Both the position numbers and the translations under genes were made by a program. Below, in pieces: positions 24,704 to 37,640 of a stretch of 64,000 bases of DNA; position 1 is the stretch's first letter; each line of letters starts with the position of its first letter. The stretch spans positions 58,534 to 122,533 of the forward strand of contig NW_021832425.1 of NCBI RefSeq assembly GCF_006345805.1, in the 5' to 3' direction. The DNA comes from Octopus sinensis. Lineage: Eukaryota. The notes below the pieces were generated by a model. That model saw nothing but the letters and a program-made list of their open reading frames with translations. It made no database searches and was not told the origin of the DNA.

Positions 24704-25560
24704 ACTATTCTACACTACGACCACGTGACCGGTAGATATCAAGGTTGGCAACGTGAATGGATTGGTCTATATTTGAAACGGAAATGCAAAATATTTACAA
24801 AATACAACATTAATTATAACAAAACAATTTTCAAAATAACAAAACAATTTTCAAAATAACAAAACAATTTTCAAAATAACAAAACAATTTTCAAAATAAC
24901 AAAACAATTTTCAAAATAACAAAACAATTTTCAAAATAACAAAACAATTTTCAAAATAACAAAACAATTTTCAAAAAAACAAAACAATTTTCAAAATAAC
25001 AAAACAATTTTCAAAATAACAAAACAATTTTCAAATCGCCTAACAAAAATTCGAGTGCGTTGGGATGCGAAGTCAGGACCGCTTGCGCAACATCAACAAC
25101 CCAGATGTCTCCTTTATAATACAACAAATTGTAAGCATTCAAATCGGCATGTACAAGCTGACACTTCTTATACAAATTCTCCATCAACTGGCCCGTTTTT
25201 TCGTAGGCCAATGACAATTTCCGTGGGGTTAAAGTAACAAATTTCAATGTAGGAGCAGCCATGTAATTATTTCCCACCAAAGACATTAAAAGCACATGTT
25301 TTTTTACACAAATAGGCCTCGGACACAAAATACCGCTGGCATGTATTTTTAAATCATGAACGAAAGACTAAACCTTTTCAAATTCATAAATTCCTTGTAT
25401 GCCCAAAGAGTTACAAACTTGGTTTTTTTCCGTGATGTGACTTTACTACTGCGTAATGAATTCGAGGATCAAAGTGAAGGAAAATGTCTCTCCCTTTGTA
25501 GTCAGAGTGAGCCGTCATAAAAATAAATCTTGGAACTCGAATCCTCCTCCTCAATTTTAT
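24704..25560 (-). pseudogene. RIOK3: RIO kinase (RIOK3-like) partial pseudogene
   Basis: WAYKEFMNLKR|IHASGILCPRP..KHVLLMS, LVHADLNAYNLLY, VDVAQAV and HPNALEFL. One acceptor appears to be AA. The C-terminal exon is replaced by the repeat array, and DIYRSRGRSVE* lies at about 24704-24745. Confidence 0.8.
24821..25033. repeat. 20-bp tandem array (aaaacaattttcaaaataac), about 10.5 copies
   Basis: Read directly from the sequence. Confidence 0.95.
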
Positions 25561-26280
25561 AATATTTATCTTGACAAAATAGATTTTGAAATAGAATTCA
25601 AATATTATTTTGAATTTTTTTCCAAGTCCAAAAGTATAACCACCTAGACTCGGTAACACCCAAGGCCTGAGACATAATAATTTATAAAAATAATATAACA
25701 ATAATTAAATTCGTATTCAGTTTATAAAAAGTCTAGAAATAGAAAAAATATAACAATAATGATTAAAATTTGGTAGAAATTGATCATTTTAGATTTTAGG
25801 GCGCTAAAATACCAGATCGCCAAATCCGTGAACAAATAAATAAATGTTTGTCGTAAGAATATAAAGAATAGAACTTTCTATCAAAAATAAGGTGAAATTC
25901 AATGAATAAAGATAAATTAGAAGATTTCAAATAAGCGATATAAACATATTGAAAGAATAAACTCGCAAATATTACAAGATGATGAAATTTCAGATAATTT
26001 ATTAATTAAAAGAAACTACATCGCAAAATATTCCTTCTAATCCAATTAAATAAAAAATTAAAGATAGACCATATAATGTAACAGGACAACAAGGTATGTC
26101 AAATGAGTGCTCACACGTGCCACAATTTATTAGGTTTTCTATTAATAATTGGGTAACTAAAAATTAAGATAATTTTAATTAAAACACAATTCTACTTAGT
26201 AGCTTATAAACAGTGTAAATACCAGAGGGGATATCTCAATGATGGTCCAGATATCTGAAATGAAGACTGCGATAATAATA

Positions 26281-27901
26281 CAGTCCTCCCTCTATTGCTC
26301 GCCATTTTTGGGACCAAACCAAAATTGGCGACTAAGAGAATTTGGCGAGTAAGAGAAATAATCAATATCCTATTTTCTATCAACAAAAAATTTCTATAAT
26401 TTTTAACTATCTAAACATTTAAATAAATAGCCGAAACATTTATTTAAAAAACCAAAATTTTAAGTATAGTAATCATTTATAGTTTTTTGTATGATCTTTT
26501 CTCTATATTTTTTTGCATTTTAAATAAACTTTCTAGCATATTCACATCAAAATTATCGTCATGTGAAAAATATTTTTTGAGGTCCGAAATACATTTTATC
26601 GCATCTCGATGTGTAATACAGTTGTTTCTTTCACAATCTTCAGTAATTGAACTGTCTAAAATTGCATTTTCATCGTTATTTTCATAGTTATTGTTTTGAA
26701 CAAATTCATGAAGTTCGTCATTTTCAGAGTACGTAAAGTCTATAAACTCCTCCTCTTTTATGGGATCTGTGATCATTAATTTTTCTATAATTTGTTCGAA
26801 ATTTTTTATTTTATGGTCTCCCATAATAGGTTCTTCAATTCTGTTTTCCCATTTGGCGTGCTGAAAACATTTTGATATTGTATCCACTGACACATCTTTC
26901 CAGGCTAGATAAGAAAATAAGACTGCATCTTTCAGGGTTAATTTTTTATAGCATTCAATAGTTGCGTCACCGTAGTTTATTTGTTCAATTATATGTTTAA
27001 ATTTAAATTTGTTGAAATGAGATTCGAATGATCTAATGATTCCTTGATCCATCGGTTGAAGCACAGTAGTCGTGTTTTTTGGTAAATATAAAACTTCTAT
27101 CATACTTAATTCGATTGTTATTCTATGCGAAGGACAATGGTCTACAACCAAAAGTATCTTTTTTTGTTTTTGTTTGAGAGTCTTGTTCCAATTATACAAC
27201 CATTCGTTAAATATTTCCATGTTCATCCAAAGTCTTCGATTTGGTCTTTGAACTCAACCGCAGTATATCCCAATTCACCATGAAAAATTCTTAGTTTTAC
27301 ATTGTGCCTTTTTTTGAACTTTTCAAGCCATCCTTTACTGGCTTTAAATTCGAAGAGACCGTTTAACGCAACAATTTCAGTTGCTTTCGACAAAATTATC
27401 TCATCATTGAGGCAAACTCCAATAGATTCCATGTAATCTATCCAGGCAATGATTTCAGAATCAATTGCTGAATATCTAAGTTTCGAAAAACGAGAACTTC
27501 TCCCATAAATTGGATTAATTCCAAGAATCTTCTGTTTGTTCAATTTAAGATCGTTAATTGCACGTCTCGAAATTGATTTTTTGAAACACGACGAAAAAAT
27601 TTCTGAAACACGCCTTAGACTTAGAGAAGAATTATCAATAAGATAATTTATAATTTCTCTTTTTTGATCATAAGATAATCTTGAGCACTTCCTCATGTTA
27701 CAAAAAAAACACCCGGTATAAATATTTGAAAAAATTATTTTTTTTAATAATAAATTTTAATTTTTTAATACTAAAACGTGGCGAGTAAGAGAATTTGGCG
27801 AGCAATGGAATTTCCTTAGTAAAAATGGCATTTTTTCCAAAAAAGTGGCGAGTTATAGAAATGGCGAGCAATAGAATTGGCGAGCAATAGAGGGTAAACT
27901 G
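26281..27901 (-). mobile_element. pogo/Tigger element, internally deleted
   Basis: 24-bp TIRs CAGTCCTCCCTCTATTGCTCGCCA / CAGTTTACCCTCTATTGCTCGCCA, with TA at both ends. CENP-B HTH (FKASKGWLEKFKKRH) and DDE_1 (LLVVDHCPSH, VLQPMDQGIIR) are present; the DETG segment is missing. Confidence 0.93.
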
Positions 27902-28708
27902 TATTTATTTCTGTTTCATAGAGAATCGACAATTAATTGGCAAGGAGATTGTATTTCTGAAATATCCACGTGCCAAATTTGTTTAACAAAAAATCTATGT
28001 CACAGTCCAGGGCTGCGAGGTTTTGAAAATATTAATAAATTAAAAAAAAATTACATTTCTGAAATTCTTTTGTTGATCTCTTCAATAAATATCTGAAATT
28101 ATTAATTTTTTCTTAATTATTTCAGAGATTGTGATTTCAGGAAAACCAACATATCACCAAAATCATTGATTAAACGTAGCGTTTTTTTAGTTGAAAGAGT
28201 GGAATCTGTTATTTAGTATTTAATTAGCGAAAAAGTATTTAATTAGTTTTTTGATTCTATTTAAAAATTCACGGAAAATGGTTAACCAAACTAATTTTTG
28301 AGACGAAATTTATTAAAAATATTAATTAAAATTTATAATATTAAACTTATAAGACTAAACTAACCGACAGCCCTAGGGCAGATCTTTCAGCTTGCTACTA
28401 GACCCTATACCCTTGGTATTTTTAATACCCTAACTTTCTAGAGGTATTTTTCCAAAACATTCTCTTAGACTCAAAAAAATAAAAATCAAAAAATTAAAGA
28501 AATTTAAGTTATTACAACTTTTTTACGCGGCTTATATGAACGGTGTATTCTATTTCTTCATCATCAAGAATGGTGATCATCTCTCCGTCAGTGTTTGTTA
28601 CTTTATATTTTTTTGTTGAAACTTGGTCGTACAGCGGATATTTTCTATTACCCACGTTTGCGTCCTCATCGTGACGTATTAAAACATGAGATGATTTAAA
28701 TAAAATAA

Positions 28709-29474
28709 ATGGGCATCTCCTGCTTTACATTTCTATCATTCGAAAATAACCAGCCATTATTTAATAATTAGTGTTGTGGTAATCACCGGCGACGCGTACA
28801 GTGATCGTCGTCCATATGACGTCCTGATAGACAAAATAGGAAATCTGCCCAACCTCCTAGTCAAATCCTCAATGAAGGGGGAACTGGTGTACTACTACAG
28901 TAAACTGGCACAAAGTACCCCCGCCCTTATAAGACACAGGACCCAGTTTTGTGTTATTCGAGCACTCCGAATTCCCCACATGGACATTCGCGAAATCCCT
29001 GACTGGGCATTCCTGTGCCTCCGTCGCTAAGAATTTCCGCAAAATAGTGGACGGGTTAGAGGAGGCCTACACCTGTCTCCGTCACGGAAAACAGGACGTG
29101 GTCAAACTGGCGGGGACTGTGTTCAATCTGCAGGACTTCACTGTGGAGGTTGACTGCGTGTCCGTCCAGGAAGGGTACCGAGGAACACTTGTCCGAACAA
29201 TCTACGAGCCATGCGACAGTGTGGGCATGTCGAGGACACTTCTCGCTGAGTTTCTTCAAGATTCCATCGACATCTCTACCGAGGACGTGGAGTACTGTGC
29301 CGGTGGGAAGGGGACTAAGGTGGGCATCCTTGTTTGTTGTAGGTGTTTGTAATGAGGGCTGTGTTGATGGGACAGGTGGAGGATTCGGGAAAGTGGAAGA
29401 CGAGAGATGAATTATCTGTGCAGATGAGTCAATCATATTGGACTTGTGTCGGGGATTGTGTCATTGATGTGTGA
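28709..29474 (+). CDS. MED20: Mediator subunit 20; exon ends uncertain
   Basis: HSEFP, GTVFNLQDFTVEV and YEPC..LLAEFLQ match MED20. An intron at 28915-28933 (or 28915-28939) joins the two ORFs, and another is likely at 29320-29342. The first donor is non-canonical. Confidence 0.75.
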
Positions 29475-30253
29475 TGGACTAATAATATCATTTTTTGTTC
29501 TTATTTTTTTGTCTATAAGAATACTTTCTGGCATGATTATCCTCACTTGTCTGAAGTTGATTGGATAGTCAGAATATTATCTATCTTCTGTAGGTTCGTG
29601 CATTGTACAACACAATTAGTCAGTTCTTTAGACAGGTTGTTTGGGAAAATACTAAATATGTATTTACATTTGAAAACAATTTATCGAGTTAACAAAATAG
29701 AGGATTTGCTGACAAATATTTTTACTATTAAAAGATCTATTATTCCAAAATTTTGTGCTCATTATATGACGTGTATTCAAATTCAAACGCATTTTTTAAG
29801 CGGGAGCTCCGAGAGAGGTGAATATATTTTTAACGTACTTAATATTTATTCAAAATTTTGCTTTCTATTAGCAACTAATTCGAAGCAAGCATTTATAATT
29901 TGCTCTTTTTTAAGATTTATTGTATAATTTTGGATTCATCCAATATTCCAATCAGACAACGGTTAAGAATTCATAAATAAAACAGTTACTTTATTATACA
30001 AAGAATTCATCATTTTTGAGAAGTTTAGCCGTCCAGACCAGACCCAATCACAGAGTCAAATTGAAGGTGCCACTAAACGTCAGCAGGTTGGTTACAAAAA
30101 AATTTTATGATAGAAAATCAAGAATGGTCTACGAGCCTTGATTCATTTGTCTATACATGTAATATAAGTATTCATTCACTAACAAAAAGTCATCGTTACT
30201 ATATTTTACCTTACAAAGATTAAAATACATTATGCGGAATTAAAGTGACTTTA

Positions 30254-30833
30254 TGTCGCGAGCGCTGCGAAGCGACCGAGCGCAGCGAGCGATTACCAAT
30301 TTCTAGATGCGATCAATCAACAAATTCATAAATTGAAAATACCCTTGGTATTTGGTTTAATATTTCGATTACAAAATTAAAAATCGATGCCAAGCAGAAT
30401 GTGCTTTAAAACCGATTTCATAAATAAAAATAATATTTTCAATTTATAATGATATTTTAGAATATGAGAAAAATCTAAATGCTTCATAATTATTAAAATG
30501 TCAAAACAGAATCTTCTGAAGGAGCAAGCCTGTCTGCACAGTTCATTTGTATTAGAAGACCTAATTTTAAGATTTAAACGAGAATAGCAATGAGATCTGT
30601 CAAATTATTACCCCCCCTCACAACCTAACCAATTAGCGTTCAGTATTCATTGATTTTACTTTTTATATTAAGGTTACTTATAAATATTTTATGGATTCTA
30701 ATGGAAAACTTAAGTTATTTCAATTTTAATTTTAAATCATGTATAATTTTAATAATTAATAAATATATTTGTTGATGACAGGCTTGTTAGGCAAAGTCGC
30801 TTTAGCGCTCGATCGCTCGCGCGCTCGCGGACA
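30254..30833. mobile_element. Second, inverted and diverged copy of the 11028-11634 MITE
   Basis: Reverse-complement similarity over the whole length; TA at 30252-53; degenerate right TIR. Confidence 0.88.
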
Positions 30834-31839
30834 CTTTACATTTATAATGTTTAAGTATTGATGAAAATAATTAAAAAATCAACCTTGAATTTTGAGGATG
30901 ACTATGTTTTTTAAAGTTAAAAATGTGTTAAAAAGTGAGTAATAATATCAAAATCTTAGCAGCCTACGTGGTTCAAATTTTGGGGGTAATGAGAGGGCTT
31001 GTGAATAAATAATGTTTGATTGGTGATGGAGGTTTGCGGCCCAGAAGTATCCAAAATTGGAGCTGAAAGAAATGGAATGATGAAGAGAATGGCTAAAATT
31101 ATAGGTTCCAAAAGAGTATGGAACATTCGGACGGAGACAGACCTGTTTTGGGAAACAACACCAATTAGAATTGAAATGAATGTCTTCAGTCAAGGGGTAG
31201 ATAAAATTCGGCCGGAAACAAACTCTTTTACTTAATAAGCTGTACAAATTTGTTCGGAAAGAAAGGGGATTGCCCCAGGAGTGAGGAATATTCGGCAGAA
31301 AAGGACTGCTGTTATACCAGGGGAAGCGGAAATATGGGCGGCGAAAAATTTGGGTAAGAAAAAATTCGAAGTTAGAAAATCGGTTTCGTAAGAATTTGAG
31401 AACCGGGTATAGTTGAACCAACTCCTCCGAGGTGACGGGTTCTGAATTAGATTGAACATGCCAGGGCAAATTTTGGTTAGGATTAAGTAAGGGAACTCTA
31501 TCTGAAAGGTTTCGTCTAACGATTTCCCGCCAATTTCTGCCAAGAACGATAAAATTTCCAGAAGGGCGGCTGATTGACATAAATGCAAGTCTGTGTCGAT
31601 TACGAGTTCTCCTCAAGTTTCTCAAAGCTCGGCGGCGATGGCGGATATTGGGTTCTACGTTAATGTAGATACCCCAACAGTATCGGAAAATATGATAGTT
31701 TGAGACAGTTTGATTTTGTAGGTTACGGAAATTGAGTGTCCGTCGAAGGCTGCAAGGCTGGAATTTGTGATATTCTCCGAATTCCAATTTAATTTTGAAT
31801 TTTTTGTCACAAAATAATGTTATTTTACTATACGAGATA

Positions 31840-32200
31840 AATTTACAAATAACTTGCCTTTTTACATGACCCTGAATCCATGGTGCTTTAGAGCGTCCAC
31901 TTATATGTATGATTTTCAAATCATTACACATTGTTTCCATACATTTGTTCTTAAATTCTTTCCCATTATCCGTCTGTAGAATAAATGGGGGACCAATCAT
32001 GTAAAAAATATTCTTTAATTTTCTAGTAATTTCCTCCGCTGATTTCCGCCTGGCAAATTTTACAACTGCGAATTTAGAAAATGAGTCTATAACCACAATC
32101 AACTACAATTTATACAAAAAGAAATACCCATCCATTATCGCTATTAAGGCTAGCATACCTTCTTAAATCCACTAAATCTGCAATCGGTCTATATAAAAAA
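31840..32200 (-). mobile_element. rve integrase-type transposase relic with a 25-nt intron
   Basis: IADLVDLRRY..GW|LIVVIDSFSKF..LQTDNGKEF..PWIQGHVKR, with the catalytic E replaced by K. Intron at 32103-32127. Confidence 0.82.
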
Positions 32201-32499
32201 CATCTATTTGAATATTTTTGATTACTTCAAGTTCATCTTTAGTAAGGTTGAGTAAAACCATTTCTGAAATATTGATTTGATCAATTATACTTATTATTTT
32301 TTCAAATTGGAAAACTTAGATAACCAAAATAACTTTGCACGGTAGATTAATTTGAAAAAAAACTTTGATAAATTACTAAAATAATTAAGAAAATCAAAAA
32401 ATCTAATCAAAATTAATTTGAAAAAATATTTATTTTTTTAAAATAACGTTGAGGGGGCATTATCCAACCCAGGGCACTATCCAGCCGGTGACAAAATAT

Positions 32500-33480
32500 A
32501 TAATTTATCTCGTCTAAAGTGGTTTAAATTGTGTTGAGGTAGGTTTTATAAATTGCTTTCTGAAATTAAAAAGTTTATTCCTCATAAACAACAATATCTT
32601 CAACTGAATAATCAAAATAGGTTGCCGACTTTGAATTTTTTGTTGATTTTTCATTACATATTTCGGATTTGAACATTGATTTACAAGGAAAAGACAAGCT
32701 TTGCTATCAATTATATGGATTTATATCCTCTTTATTCAAAAAACTATATTTGTGGAAGATTCAACTTTCAAATAGACATTCATAGGTTTTCATATGCTCT
32801 CGGAAAATAAGGAAAGCGCATCGTATAAAAAATATATATCAATAATTGACTTAATTTATCAATTTGAGTGCCGCTTTGGGGCTAAATTATAAATATAATA
32901 AAATATAGAATTTTAAAGAAAACTTATCCACAATAAAAATATTTGCGACATCTTTTGATGTCAAAATTGGAAAATGTCCTGTACGATTCCAAATGGAATT
33001 AAGTGATTTGACAACTAATTTAGAATTAAGTGCCTTATTTTATAATACTTTTCTTAGAATTTTACCAATGTCTACATAAAGAAAAATTTAGGAATCTTGT
33101 GAATAATGCATATATGAATGCTTCAATTTTCGGATCAACGTAAGCATATAAATCCATTTTCAGCAAAATAGCTAGAATTAAGAACAGATACCGCAATAGA
33201 CTAACGGATGTTCATCTAAGTCAGTTGCTGCGGATTTTAACATCTAATTTTGTATCAGATTTTGAAAATATGATTAAGTAGTTTATAAATTCTTCCATTT
33301 TTTAATTTCATTACGCTATATAAAAAATTTGCGACGATGGCACTCAACTCTAAAGTGCATGTACCCAGTAAAATAAAAATCATATGTATTTTGTTCCGTT
33401 CAAACTGAAATAAAAAATATATTATCTTCATTAAGTTAACAAAAAAATTTGCGGCCCTTATAAATAGAAAATTTGATTTG
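32500..33480 (+). mobile_element. hAT (GTF2IRD2/Charlie-like) transposase C-terminal relic
   Basis: SIFGST..FS..IKNRYRNRLTDVHL..LLRI is the hATC dimerisation motif; GCGGCCC lies at 33451. Confidence 0.7.
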
Positions 33481-33654
33481 TGAATTCAGGTCTGTATGTT
33501 AATTGCCAATTTCTCCGAACAACGAAAAGGTCTGATTTCTGCATTTTTATATCAAAAATAAAAAGCTCTGTATTTGAAATTTGTCAGAAAACTGGAAATG
33601 ATTGAAGAAAAATATTTATTTAAAAAGAAGCTGTTAGTAGAGGTTAGATAAGGA

Positions 33655-33910
33655 CCTTCAGCATTCCTGTCTTTTCAGTCCCGCACACACGCTCACCTCT
33701 CAGCCTTAAACTAAGACTTATTAAAAGCGGAGAAGGGAATACATTCAGCCTGAGTATGGCTGACAGGCGGAACGGAAACAAGCCAGTCTGTGTTGGTCGA
33801 GGAGTGGTTCCAAGTCAGTTGAAAATCGACGCCAAAGAATTTTGTCCCAATCCTGCTAAAAGAAGACACCGGAAGGGACTTCAGAGAAATTGTGTTTCCA
33901 AAGTGCAAGC
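33655..33910 (-). mobile_element. 3' end of the LINE family seen at 1-660
   Basis: Inverted match to 595-660. Confidence 0.75.
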
Positions 33911-33944
33911 CTATTTTAAATTATCTAATTAAAAATCTAGATTT

Positions 33945-34330
33945 TCAGTGATTTCTCTTCTTCGCTTGGAAGAAGAATTTTCTATAAACTTTCTTTCATT
34001 TTATATTTCTGCGTCAATAATTTTATTCAACTGAGTGTCCTCACGAGATGTCACCTCCGTAAGTTGATTGGCGGCAGAGGCGTACTCCTCGTTGTCTACC
34101 TTCATCACATGTCTGTGCCCGATAAGAATACTCTCTAGCGTCCTCTTTATCACAACCGGGATATATGTCCTCGTTCCTTCTTCAATGGATAACTTGTTCA
34201 TATGACTTTTAAAGAACTTTGAGACAACTCCATCCCATGTCAAGACAATTCGATTAATCTTTACTTTTGCTTCATAGAAAACCGACAGTTCGTTTGCAAA
34301 TAGGTCGTATTTGTTACTTCTACTCACTCA
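33945..34330 (-). mobile_element. R4-like LINE 3' fragment
   Basis: KYDLFANEL..IVLTWDGVVSKFFK is near-identical to 42329-42667. Confidence 0.85.
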
Positions 34331-35098
34331 CTGTAAACCACCACCGAATTTATTAAAAGTTGGCATATTTTTTTCTGTGTCAAATCCTAAATTGAGTAAA
34401 AAGCTAGTATACATTACTTTAAAGAACGGCATTTTGTTCCACGATACCCTGAAACAAATAAATATTGTATCACTACTTGTGATTGAGGATGATTTCTTCT
34501 TTCATAAATATGTTTTATTTTGTTTTTAATGCAGAAAGAATCAAAATAATTATTCATAAACTCCGTTCCATTATCTGTTTGTAGAATTTCACAAAAGCCG
34601 ATTTCAAAACAAATTTCTTCAAAGGTTTCACAAATATCTAAATACCAATATCAGATTTAAATATACCTATTGCAAATTTATTTTTAACTTCTTTACAGAT
34701 GACATACTTACTGTAAACATCAATGGCTGTAAATATCCATTTATAGCCCATTTGAATCGTTAAATTTTTTAACGTCTATAAGATCTACTTGGAATCGTTT
34801 ATTTGGTCTTTTGACAAACACATGAAATTTAAAAATCAGAAACCTGCCTTCTTATTACAGTGGGTCAAATTAGTCTTGGGACACTTGTATATTTTTAATA
34901 AAATTTTCTTTTCTTAAACATACCTGTTTTTATCTCATTTTTTCCAAAGGCTAAAAAATTAAACAAAGTTTTTTACATAATAAAACATTTAAAAATAATC
35001 CAAAGAAAATTTCATTTTAAAAAATTTTTGACATTTTAAACAAACAGTCACAAAATCAAATGCTAATTAGTCTTGGGACAAATTACTTAATACTTTGT

Positions 35099-35281
35099 AA
35101 AGCAAACAAGACAAAAATTACAGATAGCTAAGTTAGTTAAAGGCCTCACGAGACACCCGACCAGCCGCGCGAATGGCGAAGACGTTCCCTCGGATCACAG
35201 CAATCGACAGACGTTCCAGGAGCCAAGAAAACTCTCTTGGATCGTGACTAGTCCTTGAAATCCGTCGACCGAGCGAGCGAA
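35099..35281 (-). mobile_element. CRE 3' tip inserted in the last codons of the Tc1 transposase
   Basis: LRSLGRRI..DPREFSWLLERLSIAVIRGN lies between Tc1 NGY and TKY*. Confidence 0.85.
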
Positions 35282-35403
35282 GGAAGTATCCGTTATTCTC
35301 CAAAACTGCATTTAAGCGATTTTTATAATTGTTAACAAGCTTTTTACAAGTTTCAACAGGAATTTTATTCCATTCTTCAAAACAAAATGATTTTAATTCC
35401 GCG

Positions 35404-35549
35404 ATATTTTTTGAATTTTTTTTTAAAAATACAACACAATTAAGAGAAAAGAGTTAAAATGCGCAGCGGATCGACTGGCAATTCCCGCGCATGATGACCA
35501 ATGAGATCCTTTGAAAGACTCTGATCGACTCGTTGGGATCTTTTTTGAA
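35404..35549 (-). mobile_element. Second CRE 3' tip, replacing the Tc1 catalytic region
   Basis: DPNESIRVFQRISLVIMRGNC is fused in frame after Tc1 WTFQ. Confidence 0.85.
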
Positions 35550-36018
35550 TTGAAATGTCCAATTTCCTGCAATACCACATTTCTCAATTGACGAAAATAG
35601 ATTTTTTTCCAAAATATCACAGTATTTAGAAGCATTCAATATTCCGTCAATCACATAAAGTTCTCCAACGCCCCAAGAAGAAAAACACCCCCATAGCATA
35701 ATACTGCCACCTCCATGTTTAACTGTTGGTATGGTATTTTTTGGACGATATTCATCCTTCGATTTACGCCACACGTAGCTTGTATAATTGTGTCCAAAAA
35801 TTTCTATCTTTGTTTCATCCGACCAAATAATATTATTTAGAAAGTCGTCGTCTTTAAGTAAAATTTTTTTGGCATATTTTAGCCGTGCATGGACGTGTTT
35901 CTTAGTAAGCAGCGGAACTTTACGTGGACGACATTTTGGAACCCTTCTTTTCTTAGGGCATTTGTAACAGTCTGTGAGCATACTGGTGTTCCTATCTCAC
36001 CCAAGTAAGTAGAGAGTT

Positions 36019-36299
36019 GTTTACGAGATAATCTCGGATTATCAAGCACTTTTCGTCTAATTATGGAAATTGATCGAGATGATATTTTTTTTGGTTGTCC
36101 TGATCTTGGCTTATTTTTGGTAGTTTTAAATAATTTCCATTTATTGATAATGTTCCATACTGTACTCTTCGGAATATGAACACTTTCGGAAATTTTTCGG
36201 ATTGAGTTTCCTGCATTATATTCAAGAAGTTAGACGATTCTCGATCAATTTCCATAATTAGACGAAAAGTGCTTGATAATCCGAGATTATCTCGTAAAC
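36019..36299. repeat. 61-bp perfect inverted duplication with a 159-bp spacer (fold-back junction)
   Basis: 36239-36299 is the exact reverse complement of 36019-36079. Confidence 0.92.
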
Positions 36300-36500
36300 T
36301 TCCCGGTTACAAGGCTATCAGGATGGACCGAAAAGCGAAAAGAGGTGGAAGACTGCTCACCTTAATCAAAAACAACTTGAAATATACAGACATCCCTTCG
36401 GAAGTAAGGAAGCTTATTGAAGCTGATGAGGTTCCTAAAATAATTGGAATCTCGCTTAATCTCTGGCTATGGATGGTCAATGTGTATATTTCACTCTCTG
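36300..36500 (+). mobile_element. APE endonuclease fragment of a LINE
   Basis: LPGYKAIRMDRKAKRGG.LLTLIKNNLKY. Confidence 0.7.
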
Positions 36501-37640
36501 GCTCATGTCCGAGAAGCCAAATTTCTCTAAACTGGCATGCATCAATAAAGTCACAATCCAATCGTGGTGAAGATCAAAATGATGTCAATAGATAAAATCA
36601 AAATGCTCGAACTGGCTACGGTTCCAAGAAATCTTGAAATCCAAACTAAAAAATTGTTATTTTGATAGCTCCAGCTCTTTAAACAAGGTTATCAGCTATT
36701 TTACGAAAATAATTCTGGAAGCAAAATCAACGGCTATACTCAAATTTCAAAAGCTATTTGGCAAATGGCAAAGGTGATGAAACTGCATTTCTGGGGGAAT
36801 ATATTCAAAAGAACATAAATAGGCTAATCAGTTTTCATGCGAAAATATCAAACGAGGAACATAGGAAATATGATCGATTACCCTCAAACAGAAGACTGAA
36901 AAAACGACCAGTACGTTTCCTTTTCTCAGTGAAAAAGGACTGAATACCTTACATTCCACAAAACGACTTACTTTCATGGATCAGACAAAATCTCGGTTAG
37001 TTTCAAAACCTAATAGACACTGTTTGAGAATTCTTCAGCTTTTCCAACAGCCTTATATGATTTAGGCCTTTTATTTCTTCTCGCTCCAAGGTTTTTGCCA
37101 AAAAAACACCAGAAACAAATCAAATTCACTATAATTTTTTTTCGATTTAAACCAAATCACCAATTACGAAATTTCTTTTTCGAATGTTTATAGATTAGAC
37201 ATAAACAGGAAGTAATTCCAAAGTATTTAATTGATATCGATTAACTATAGTCAACTAAATTATTTAATTAAGTCCAGATCGTCAGTGATTTTCCTCCCTT
37301 CTTTGAAAAAAAAGTTTGCCACAAACTTCCTTTGCTTTTCCATTACTGTGTTAAGGTTTTTGTTCAGCTGTATGTCTTCTCAGCATTGCAGCTCTGACTT
37401 GATTAGCGACAGAAGCGTACTTTCGTCGTCTACCTACATTCCTTGTTTGTGTTTAATGAGCATACTCTCCAGCGTCCTCTTTAGCACAAAGAACAGGAAG
37501 TAATTAAAACTAATTTAATTTAGTCTAAAAGCGTTTATCGATTTCCAGTTTAGAATTAATATATAAACGCATTTTAAATAAAATATCAAAATTACCTGAG
37601 ATATGTTCCAAAATAATTTCCCTGAAAAATCATTATACCA

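Larger units (their letters stand above)
23365..25071. repeat. Duplicated block, copy A (copy B at 37125-38089), with internal tandem units of about 200 bp
   Basis: 23365-23850 is near-identical to 37125-37610. The copies also share the RIOK3 C-terminus and the aaaacaattttc arrays. Confidence 0.85.
34858..36238 (-). mobile_element. Tc1-family (IR-DR type) transposon, disrupted
   Basis: TA|CAGTG end with a 16-bp DR at 34868 and 35065. HTH (IPKSTVWNII, RSGQP), IIWSDETK, VKHGGGSIMLWGCF and C-terminal EEWNKIP..NGY..TKY* are present. Confidence 0.9.

Noticed and set aside
29547-29927. 126-aa plus-strand ORF
   Set aside because: No motif, no ATG start and AT-rich composition; probably a shadow of a decayed minus-strand gene.
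30948-32102. 384-aa ORF as a single gene
   Set aside because: Only the first about 80 aa is integrase. The rest is an incidental open frame over unrelated, possibly LINE-derived sequence.
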